A stretch of 63,666 nt of DNA, filler included, from Choristocarpus tenellus KU-1152 (Eukaryota > Protista > Phaeophyceae), in NCBI GenBank assembly GCA_964200185.2. It is 13 parts of 13 records of this genome, joined end to end, with 100 filler letters (N's around TTAATTAATTAA, not from the genome) between each part and the next. Parts side by side here need not be neighbours in the genome. Positions count along the whole stretch, not along the records: positions 53,113 to 56,361 come from CAXNAD020021269.1; positions 56,462 to 60,633 come from CAXNAD020015855.1; positions 60,734 to 63,666 come from CAXNAD020023547.1; 10 more parts are not named here. One strand, 5' to 3'. The notes beneath the pieces were generated by a model. The model had not been told where the DNA came from, searched no databases, and saw only the letters and a list, made by a program, of their open reading frames with translations. Both the position numbers and the translations under genes were made by a program. This document shows positions 53,113 through 63,666 of this stretch, piece by piece; positions within the stretch are counted from its first letter, which is position 1, and each line of letters starts with the position of its first letter.

Positions 53113-53830
53113 GGGGTACTTTCTCTTGCAAGTCCTTAGCGATGTCCCATTGCGTCTCCCACAATCCATGAAATGGCAGGGTCCTTAGCAATACATCCAG
53201 CGTCTCCTACAATCAACGAAACTTCCCTAGTACATCACCACTACAAATCTTCGGAACAAAGTAATACGGTGGAACTGTCACTTCCTACCAATCCTATCAC
53301 AATCTCTACGAACACATCCTGCGGTGTTTTCTACCGTGAGTCTTTAGTCATACCAAAATGTGTCTCCCACGATCCTGGAAATATCCCTAGTGTCACGCCT
53401 AAAGTGACTTCCGGGAAAAGATTAGTACTAAACAATTGACATAATACTGAAATACCATACACACAAACACGAGGAAAACCTCTCCCTGACTAAATAAAGT
53501 CAGTCTGCATACAACATCACATCATGGCTGTCACTTGACTACTGTGGGTATGCACTAAAACACACGACAGATGGGGGACAAAATCAAATTAAAACATTTA
53601 GAAAGACAAACCCGAAAGAAGACAGTCATGAGGAATAACGGTCAGATTCGCCAAAATAGGAACCGATGAACCCTTCTAACCTTTCCATCCTATCAGCAAG
53701 ATCCTCTTGGTTCGAGGACGGAGGAGAAGCTTTCGATACCATGTTAGCGTACTTATCCCCTCTCCTTGGGGGTTTTCTGGTCTTTTCCCTAGCTCGAACA
53801 CTATCTACGAACAGCTGACCTGCTGAGGAC
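53113..53830 (-). mobile_element. Paralogous internal region of the family A LTR element (no MITE)
   Basis: Collinear with ~50285-50470 plus 50730-51310. Confidence 0.85.
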
Positions 53831-55588
53831 CTTGAGGCCGACGTTTATGGTGAAGCCACGAAAAGTATCGTCAACACTCTGCGACGCCAACAGCGACTGA
53901 AGAAGAGATCGCAAAGGTTTGAAGGCAGAGCTCGGAGAGTTCAGGGAGAAAAAGGACCAAGAAGAACTCGAAAGGGGAGAAGATCAAGGTTGACAATCTC
54001 CAGAAGGAGCTAGCTTCTTCTGACGACCCAAATCTTGTTTTAACTGCAATTAAGATTGAGCAAACGGAGGTTGCCACGACTCCTAAGGAGAAACTGCAGC
54101 GCCACCCAGTGTAGCGCTCTATGTGCGTTTACGGTTCCTGAATTACGAAACCGCGCAACATGTCTCGCGCGTTTTGTTTTTCAAAATATAGAAAAATCGG
54201 GGACAAGGGTTGAGGGGTTTTCTGGCAATTTCATTGACCAAAGGACAACAAAAACCAAGAAATACTCAGTAAAGAGACGGCCACAGAGAAGGGCCCACAG
54301 CGGCAATATATGGCTCTCGTTCCCAGGCCTAACAGTTGCCCTGTGGAATATACCTACCTGTTCAATTACAATATTTTGATGGCCATCTGTGAGGAGTAAA
54401 ATTCTACAAATAGAAAATGCAAAAATGTGCCTAGTCAGTCAACAAATTTATGATACATAAATATATTGTTGGCGAGGTTTTCCCATCCCCAAGGGGATCT
54501 GTAGCATGCCACTGATAAACTGACATCATCAGTGTGCATTTATCCATGTTGGTGGGACCTTGGGCGTAAAGGGGCATTGTTCTTGAGTGCATCATGAAAA
54601 CCTTTGGAGAATTCATAATGGAGTTTGGAGCTGAGGGAAGCTGGGCATGGTATATTGTTGTAAAGCAGACGACTCTTACAATAGAGACAAAACAATATTG
54701 TACTGATGCGCAAAGTTCCAGGGTACTCCCCTACTACCACCTTCATTCCTCACTTGGATTTTATCCCTGTTTTCCCCAGGGCAGTTTTTCAATCTCATAA
54801 GGATATTGAGGTTTTAGGGGTGTGTGTGTGTGTGTGTTCAGGAACCTTTAGATGCAACGGTCTCCTCAAGATGATTTCAAATTGTTGTGCCCCAGGACCA
54901 TGAAAGAGCAAGGGGGAGGATACATCTGCAATGATTGCCATGTCGTGGAAGAGTGTAGAGGTAAAAATTGTTGATGTACGTTTGTGGGGGGTGCGGCCAG
55001 GCCAGTCAGTGTTGCTACTGCGGATTACGTACGAGGACTTAAATGCAGATAGGCCTGGTTTCTAATTTAGTTCGGCGACCAACAAGTGTTTCTTTAATTT
55101 TTGGAAGGCTCCAACAAGTCATATTATTCAGAAAACCCAAAGGTGTGGCACTGAGTGCATCGTCCGTGATACTCGATTTTACTCTGTTTTCCTATCTATC
55201 ATACTTATGCCAGTTCAATGAGGCGGATGTATGATCCACTTTTAGCTCAAAAGGGAATATAGCACCAACCTTCTTTACGACACATTAGATTGTTTTGGCA
55301 ATTTCGCGTTAAGTTCGTCAGATTCACAAAAAAATAGGGACTCTGCTGGGGTGGGCACTCCTGAACTAGGTACCCTGTCATTTCCTGCCCTTCTACAGAG
55401 CTTCCTCGGCCCTGCCTCCTCATGAAGCACAGATCTACTGTTTTCTAGAAACCAGATGCCCCCTTGTTGCTCTAACTCAGAGTAGCAACACTGGCAAACT
55501 TTATCCTCAGCCCCCCCCCCCTCCTCACACATATCAACACATCGTTGCCTCTGCTCTCTTACCATGACGTACGTGGCAATCATTGCAG

Positions 55589-56277
55589 GTGTATCCCCCT
55601 TGCTCTTTCATGATCCTGGAGCAGAACGATTTGAATATGCCTGGAGTGGATGGTTGCCTCTGGAGGTTCCTAGATGCCCATCCACTAGACCTTGAGATCC
55701 CGGCGGGAATGAGAAACTACACGGGGACAAACGAGGATTGGATTCAGGTGAGGGGTGAGGGTGGTAGGGGAGAAGGGACTGGGAAAAGGGTACTTACTGA
55801 GTATTTACTTCCTGATTTGCCTCGAGAAGTTCCAGGATTTGACCTCGTGTGTGTATCCTCACTTACGACGTTTTTGGCTCTTTTGTGATTCACATGTGAG
55901 GGCACTCTCTTAGTCATATTTTTGGTGTGTGTGTGTGTGTGTGTGTGTAGGCTCCTGCAAACTAAGCATTTTTTAAAAACATTTTATGGTGTGGTATTTA
56001 TCCCTTGATGCAGTGGGGCAGAATTGTGGAAAAAGGAATTGACTGCGCTGGAAGGGTATGTGTAGTCATGTTTCAGTTGCATGGGTGTTTGAGGACTTTT
56101 GTTAATATACTGGCCACCATGCTGAAGTACAACTTCCACTACTGTCAGGCACACATCTATGAGCGTGAAGACCCTATTAAGCCTGAGACATTGGCCACCC
56201 TCAGGGCTATGTACTCTCCTTATGTGAAGCAGCTAGAGAAGCTCATTGGAAGAGAGTTCCCATCGTGGGGATATTGA
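55589..56277 (+). CDS. PAPS-dependent sulfotransferase (heparan-sulfate-ST-like), last two exons
   Basis: Exons 55589-55747 (VYPPCSFMILEQNDL..LWRFLD) and 56149-56277 (IKPETLATLRAMYSPYVKQLEKLIGREFPSWGY*). This matches the sulfotransferase C-terminal pattern PE...L..xYxP...L..LIG..F..W. Confidence 0.75.
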
Positions 56278-56621
56278 AACTGCCACCCAGGAAGACTTGG
56301 GCTTACAATTTACACTGGAGGGTGGAAGAAAATCTAGGAGGACTGAAGACCCCCCCCCAGANNNNNNNNNNNNNNNNNNNNNNNNNNNNNNNNNNNNNNN
56401 NNNNNTTAATTAATTAANNNNNNNNNNNNNNNNNNNNNNNNNNNNNNNNNNNNNNNNNNNNAAAACGGCAGACTCAGGGATCGATCTTGGGATGAAGAGT
56501 GGAAGATTAGCTTGTGCGGAACACTCCACTGCTGCTGCAAGGTAGAGCAGAAGAAGTGTGTGCAAGCCTCCACGAACCCTCCAGAAGATACATTGCCTCA
56601 GTGAAGCACGCTCTAGAGTAG

Positions 56622-56652
<31 letters not shown>

Positions 56653-58153
56653 ACAGAACATTGTACCTCGCCAAATCGTGGTGTATCCTCACCTGCCATA
56701 GGACGAGCTCGGCGGCTTCAGCTCTCCACATTGACCCTCGTGTTTTTGGAAACTTGAACTCCTCCAGAAATTGTGTCAATAACCTGCTCGGCAAACATAA
56801 CACAGAGCAACACCAATTTAACCTCAGGCACTCCATCTTTGTCATGTGCCCAACTACATGAAGTGCACAGCACTAAGAAAGGCAAGTTGAGTCTGCCTTT
56901 TGGGAGAGCTACCATAGCTCTCCTCTCCTATTCAGATGTAACTGCTATCAGCAATGTCACATCCTGCTTTGCCTCCTCAAACCCTGGTGGATGGAGAATA
57001 TCGCACCCAGCCTCCACCAGAACAGGAAATAGATGTAGGTCATTAACATTTGCTCAACAGCAGCGCACAGAGGGACTAAGAGCTCATCTTCTTTGCAAGT
57101 GCGACTGACTGAAGGTGCCCAAATGGCGGAAGCTTCGTCAAGTCCAGGCGTGGAGCCCTTGGGGACCATTTCTTTGATTCAAGTTCCTGACTTTTCAATC
57201 AGCACCAATTCAACACTAGCATCAGAAAGGTTCTCCCACTTTCTGCACAGGTTGAACATATGTCTAGATTGAGCATTCTCCCTCTTGTACATGTTGGCAA
57301 GTGTATACACTACAAAGAGAGTGCAGTATGCCAGCAGCTCTCAACCCAACTGCATTTATTGGTGCCCACCCAGTCCTTCACATGCTTCAAGTCCTTTTCT
57401 GCTGCCAATTGTCACATTCAATCCTTGGTTGTTTTCTTCCCACCCTCTGCTTTTCATGCCACCATGATCACCATGATCCTTTGCACATGGTAGGGCATAT
57501 CCGGCAGACGGGTCAACATCAGACTCATGGTCTAGGTGCTCACCCCCACTGTCACCAGAATGCCCCGGTGGCATCGCTCACAGTGGTTGCTCATGGACTT
57601 GTGGGAGTTGCCTAGTGACTGACCTTGCTTGTGTGATCCATGCATGTACTCCAAAATGTAAAAAAATAGCAATGGGAAAAAAAAGTGGAAAAAAAAGAAA
57701 GAACTGAAAAGTGTAAGGAAAATAATGAAAAAAAAGAATAATCCACCCCTCGACGATTTCGATTTCGAACAACCGTGGTTTAAGGGAATCGCTACCACTA
57801 CCATTCACAAGATTATCCATGAGCTACAGTAAGTAGTGAAGGGCGAGGCGGCATGAGGTAGTTAGAAGAACCCCCCTCAGGACCGATGAACAAGTGCACA
57901 ACACAACTACCTGATGAGGAAAAGTACAAATCCGGTCGTTAGCACATGCTGTGGCGTTCTTCTTCTATCGACACGGCAGGATCTGTTTATATATATATAT
58001 ATATACACATTGAAAGTTCCCGATCCAAAAAGGTAAAAAAACTATCTAATCTCAGCCCCACATTGAAATTTTACATAAACCAGCAAAATATTTAGGCAGT
58101 ATTATCGATACCCAACATCTCTCTCTGTATATAACTCTAGATAGATAGATAGA

Positions 58154-59293
58154 CATTGCACAACCACATCGTTGCACTCCACACTCCACCAGAACATGTC
58201 TGCACTGTGACAAGCGAGGGAAAGTGTGTTTTTCTTACATTCTGCCATTTTCCATGATGATAGACCCTGGTACACCACATTCCCCCTTCATCCAGGGATG
58301 CAACCTGGGGGCCACCGGTATCCCCAAGTGTTCCAACAAGGCCAGGACGAGGGCCTCATTGGTAGGGTCGTCTGAAGGCCTGCTGTACCGTTTGGTGACC
58401 TAGGGGGGTTACAACCAGAGAGGATAGAAATGTTGAAACTGTGACCTGGGCGAGGTAGGCAATCAACATTTCCGTTTTCACCTCGAGTACTTGTCTCCTT
58501 TTGGAGAATCAATTTTTCCATCTGTCCTTACCAGGTTGTCCTGCTCGGGCCCGAAAGGAATGACCATCCCAGTCCCTCCCCACTTCGTCCTTAAGAATCT
58601 CCTGTTGGTGGTGGTGAAGAGGGCGTTAGTTTGGGAAGGGAAATCCCTTCTGGATACAGGGACAAAAATGTCTCTACAAACCTGTAGGAGAAAACTTCGT
58701 CAGCCATGGCAATCTTGACCTTTGCTTACACGTCTATTGTTGTTGCTTTTATATACATAGCACATAATCTTCGATTCGGTACCTACCAAAATGCCACGAT
58801 GGGGTTAGGTTGTGAGAAGCTTCAGTTTCAGGGTGTATTTTCTACCATAGACGAAGTGGGAAGGGACTGGGATGGTCATGCCTTTCGGGCCGGACCAGAC
58901 AACCTATTAAGGGCAGATGAAAACATTGATCCTCCAAAAGGAGACAAGTACTCGAGGTGAAAACAGAAACGATGATCGCCTACATCAACCAGGTCATTGT
59001 TTCAACATTTCTATCCTCTCCGACTGTAACCCTCCCAGGTGATAAAAAAAAAAGAGTACAATGAGCCCACAGATGACCCTACAAATGAGGCCCTTGTCCT
59101 CGCCTCGTTAGAACACTTGATATTACCGGTGGCCCCATATTACATTCCTGGATGAAGGGGGAACGTGGTGTACCAGGGTCTATAGTGATGGAAAATGGCG
59201 GAATTTAAGAAAAACACACTTTCCACCGCTTGTCATGGTGGTGCTCATAGTGTTCAGATGGATTGTGGAGTATAACGATGTGGCTGTGCAATG
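58154..59293. repeat. Long imperfect inverted repeat (foldback), ~440-bp arms around a ~260-bp spacer
   Basis: 58154-58589 is collinear with the reverse complement of 58850-59293, e.g. TAGACCCTGGTACACCAC / GTGGTGTACCAGGGTCTA and TTTTCACCTCGAGTACTTGTCTCCTTTTGGAG / CTCCAAAAGGAGACAAGTACTCGAGGTGAAAA. Confidence 0.93.
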
Positions 59294-59899
59294 CATATCT
59301 ATCAATATTATATTATTTTGCTCTCGAGTATTTTGGACATATATTTGGAGAAAAGATATGATAACTAAGGTGAGGTTGACGATCTCTTGTCCCACAATCT
59401 GTTGATATTTTAGTATTTGTTTGTTTCCAACAAAGTTGAGAAGAGAGTGAGAGATCATCATGTGTTGGGGTTTAGCAAACATCACAGCGAAACCGAGAGA
59501 CCCGAACTCAGCGAAACCAGGAGACCCCACTTAGCAAAACCAACAGACCCGACAGTTTTCTAGAACACTTCAGAATCACTCCTATTCTAACACTCCTATT
59601 CTAACATTCCAAAACAACTGCAGTGCCTCCTCCGATGGCGGTAAGAAAATCCACTACGAAAATTCGTAAATATGTGTAAAATGAAATTCAGAATCAAAAA
59701 GAAAAAATGCAAAAAACAAGAAACGCCACCCGAAGGTGACGGCAATTTCAAACCATCTTCAGCTCGGTTAGTGAGCGTCCCGTGACGAAAGAGCAGTCTG
59801 CCTTAGCCCGTGTTACCTTCCGTCTATTTCGACCCTTCCGTGGACATTCCTCAGTGGATTGAGTGATGGAGGAAGATCTTTGTCCGAATGGTGTCGACT

Positions 59900-60633
59900 T
59901 CTATCACTCACCTTGTCTATGGCTAAAGCAAGTGGGGATTGAAGCACACACAGGCTGGGGAATGGATGCACATCCATTCTACATTGACAATCTATGTGAA
60001 TGGTGGAAACGGTTAACTAGCAAGCCAGTAGCAGCATCCACAATTTTGTTTTCAATGGCAAAGATGGACAACTGTCATGCCATAACACCACACACCTTCT
60101 CCACTCTGTGGGTCAGCTCAAACTCCACCAACAGAGTCCGGAAGCATTTGTCCTCCTTCACTGCGCAACCACAATGTTGTCAGGTTTGACATCACCATGG
60201 TAGATGTTGTTGTTGTACATTAAATGCAAGGCGCGTAGTGCCTTCCAGTTCAACGTGATCAGTGGAAGCAGGGTGGATGGGGTACTTGTGTTTTTAGCAT
60301 TCCATCATTCTGACCCAGGGGGGCGGTTGTGAAGTGAGATCTGGAGACAATTAGAACACTTGAAACTGGAAGCAAAGAAGTGCAGACCCGCAACATCTCA
60401 TCACATTTGCATCATACTTGACAGGGCCACTGTTACGTCTATATGGCAGTCCAATAGGCATTGACATGATCCCTCCATCTTCTACAACCCCAGCCGAATA
60501 CCCAACAAAACGGCAGACTCAGGGATCGATCTTGGGATGAAGAGTGGAAGATTAGCTTGTGCGGAACACTCCACTGCTGCTGCAAGGTAGAGCAGAAGAA
60601 GTGTGTGCAAGCCTCCACGAACCCTCCAGAAGA
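59900..60633 (-). pseudogene. Decayed protein kinase domain (its upstream part continues at 56462-~57640 across the circular junction)
   Basis: ALRALHLMYNNNIYHGDVKPDNIVV (catalytic loop), frame-shifted LLVEFEL (DFG-like) and upstream GIMSMPIGLP. Multiple stops. Confidence 0.7.
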
Positions 60634-60886
60634 NNNNNNNNNNNNNNNNNNNNNNNNNNNNNNNNNNNNNNNNNNNNTTAATTAATTAANNNNNNNNNNN
60701 NNNNNNNNNNNNNNNNNNNNNNNNNNNNNNNNNGAAACCCACCATTTCTTTCAAAACCATAAAAGCAGAGGAAAGTGCCGATGTTTCCCCCCCCCCTTCC
60801 CCCCCCCCCCCCCCCCCCCCCCCCCACCACCACACCGCACCGCACCCTTTTCCCAAACAAATCAATCCTGACTGCGGTTTTTTCAG

Positions 60887-61404
60887 GGTTGCCGGGGAAG
60901 GTGCTCGTATGGGAGGAGGTGTGAAAATGCTCGAAAAATTCGATCGCACCTCAAGAAGTGCCCAGCCTCAAGGGCCTTGACGTGTCACTCAGCTTGTCAG
61001 GCCAGCCGCAAATTGTTGCAACACTATGATCAGTGCAGGTTAGTTCAACCATATTTTTTGGCATTTGTTTGTTTTGATGCAGGGGTTTGGTGATGGCGAG
61101 TTTTGTTGTTGTTGTAGAGGGTGTTGTAGAGGGTGTTGTTGAGTGAATGTAACCTTGTTGCTCAGTGTTGCATCTGTACTGTTACGTTAATCTCATCCTA
61201 TCATCCCTATCCTTTTTATTTACGTGTGGGTGCTTGTTGAAGTGTTGCTTCTTGTATATATACAGTCTCTATAGTAAAGAATTTCTCTTTTTACTTTTGT
61301 GGTTTCTGATGTTCCCTCTTAAGAAGCAATGGTCTTACTGTACATCATGCACAACGAGTACTCTTAGTGTGTTCTCTTTGGTGTGAACATTCTCACAAAA
61401 GCGC

Positions 61405-61439
<35 letters not shown>

Positions 61440-63470
61440 ACCACCCCCACCCCCCCCACAGCACNNNNNNNNNNCATAGGCTGAACCCAGTCCTTTTGTG
61501 TGTGTCCTTTTGTTGTAACTACTCCAACAAAGCCCCCCCCCCCCCCCCCCCCCCCACTCCCCCCTACTCAAACTCCAGTCGCAACAATGGAGCTGGGTGC
61601 CTCATCTGCTTACACCTTCGGCAAATGCTCTCCAAGGCAATGGCTGAAGGTCAATCAGGGTGCAATGCAAGGGCACCAGGCGTAAGGGGCTGTCCCATGC
61701 GTAAGGGGTCTCTTCCATTCGCGTTGGTAGGAAGCAAAAGGCAGCCTCTGGGCTATCTAGGACCTGATTTAGGGACCTGTGCTGGTGAAAGGCAGTCCCT
61801 GGCGGCAAGAATGAAACTTATGGGGGCGAGCTCAGGAAGTAACAAAGGCGGTGATTTTTATCGTCCGAGACCCTTACCCAAGATGAGAAGTGGAAGCTGG
61901 GGAGGTAAGGGTGGGTATGATGAGTGTATAGTATATAGGATAATCTATTTGAAGTGGGTGGTTTTGTTTCAAGTGGGTTAAGAGAGGTAGGGGGCTGTGG
62001 TGTATGTTAGTACTGATATATAAGTACTCTTTTAATGTCAACTTTGTATTGTTTGATGTGTCATCAAAGCTACTGATGACACTACTCCCATGCACGCCTC
62101 TTTCTCACAACAGATAATATGTAGTGTACGTGTGTTTTGACAAAAGGTCTATGTTGATTGGTATTTTGACTTTTGAGATGTGTTTTTGAGCAATTTGTTG
62201 GTTGTTATTTTTTTGGATTTGTTTAGTCGTGTGTGTTACACAAGTTTTTTTTTCTGTGCTATGCTTTCATTCTTTTTTTAATGTTGTAGTTACTTGGTAT
62301 GTGAAGGAAGGCGTTTCTTAAGAATTTCTTTGATAAAATAAATCTATGTATAAACAAAATGGTCATTTTTCCTCGTGTAGGCACAAGTAAAACAGATGCA
62401 CTGTCATTTTTTGTGCATGAGTTGTGTGTGGAAAGTATATGATGAACGTAACTGCCATTTTTTTTAATGAACCAATCATATAGAAGGAAAGGACAGGTCA
62501 ATCAAATGTGATGTGCTTGTGACCTCGATTTCATTGCTTCTGTTCTTTCTGTTCCTTTTGCAGGGTATGATCACCGAAAAATGTCGATCCGAACTCGGTT
62601 TGACTCAATCCCAGAGGAGAAGATGGAGGAGGAAGAAGAAGAAGATGCGACAGACCCCAAGGTGTGTCTGTGTGGGTGGGTGGGGGGGGTGGGTGTTATG
62701 TTGTGGTGAAATAAGGGAGCTGCTTTGGAAGTGATTCAGTGATTGAAAATGGGTGTATTTATAGTGGTTTTGTTTATTATTATTATTATTGATTAATAAT
62801 TGAAGGCGTAGGGTTTTGTATCATGTGTGTAGGTGTTTTGGGTTTGCTTCATGGGCGGAAAGGGGGGGGTGTACAAGGGTACAGTTAACGTCAGGTTTAC
62901 ATTGCTTTTGGCATTTAAGACATTTGACATTTTAAGATCAGGGATTGGTGCTCTTGTTTCCCAGGTGGCATTTTCATGCCAGCTGTAGACATGACTTGCC
63001 TTCAAGTGCACTAGAGTGTGTTGTATATGTATGTGTAAGTGGCATGAGGGTATACATGGAAGTGATTCTGAGGGATGTGTGATTTAATTTAACATGCAGT
63101 TACCTCATTGGTGCACGTGTGTGGGTAGAGACTTGCATTTTGTATGGTGAGAGACAACAATGCCTTCCGAAGGTTTAATAGACCCTTTTCGTTTACTGAA
63201 CTGGGTTTCAACACCTACATGACTTTTTTAGATCTCTCAGACTGCCTGTGCAAGTACTGATCCCTAATTGCAAAGTACCTAATCTCAATGCCCTTATGCG
63301 CTCACTGCATCACCATCTTGCAGGTCATGAGTGAGGGCTCTATTGCTGCATCATCTACTACAGGTGGTGTTCCGGGAGATACCTCGACAGAGGCTGGAGA
63401 GTCAGCTGGGAATGGAGTAGGGGGAAGAGGGGATAGAAGCAAGTTACTGTCTACCTCCCTTTCCCTATGA
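60887..63470 (+). CDS. TAZ zinc-finger protein, 5'-partial
   Basis: Phase-consistent exons 60887-61038, 61579-61904, 62564-62661 and 63324-63470. GCRGRCSYGRRCENARKIRSHLKKC..TCHSACQASRKLLQHYDQCSRNNGAGCLICLHLR fits the zf-TAZ HCCC pattern. Followed by a low-complexity acidic tail. Confidence 0.85.
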
Positions 63471-63666
63471 TAGTTGGGGGTTAGGGCATTTCCTGGAGCA
63501 ATCATCTCCTGTTCTTAAATGACCTGTTGCCGACTACATGTTTCGAGATGGAAAGAGACTGGACAGGGCTAGGGTTGGGAGAGGGGGGGGGGGGGGGGGG
63601 GGGGGTAGGAAGGGGGGCGGTTTTTCTGGGTGCGAAGAGGGGCGGAGCGGGGGAGGATGTAGAATT

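Larger units (their letters stand above)
56462..60633. repeat. Contig with an exact 127-bp terminal direct overlap (circular or collapsed tandem unit of 4045 bp)
   Basis: 56462-56588 is identical to 60507-60633. Confidence 0.93.

Noticed and set aside
57905-57945. Hammerhead ribozyme (CTGATGAG core)
   Set aside because: The required GAAA does not follow the putative stem II, and no stems I/III were found.

Overview
This is not one locus. It is 13 short eukaryotic contigs joined by an artificial 100-bp linker (44 N + TTAATTAATTAA + 44 N), so synteny across linkers is meaningless. The DNA is intron-rich and repeat-rich, and its gene style suggests a stramenopile, probably a brown alga or relative (inference). 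Partial spliced genes I could reconstruct are a YHS-domain (seleno)protein homologue, a CobW/COG0523 C-terminal exon, an uncharacterised CTFxP-repeat protein, POLR3C (with a GC-AG intron), an NDR/STK38-type kinase, PUS7 with an RGG-rich N-terminus, a sulfotransferase C-terminus and a TAZ zinc-finger protein. Mobile DNA includes a complete 2.7-kb pol-less LTR element with a 5-bp TSD, solo LTRs of two families, a CRE-like non-LTR remnant, two adjacent DD39D-type mariner transposase pseudogenes and two related MITE families. Tandem arrays have 147-, 232-, 78- and 46-bp units. The most unusual unit is contig 56462-60633: its ends overlap exactly by 127 bp (circular or collapsed tandem, 4045-bp unit), and it carries a ~440-bp-arm inverted repeat and a kinase pseudogene that reads across the junction. 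I found no CRISPR array, rRNA or intact tRNA, and I cannot demonstrate a novel system from sequence alone.
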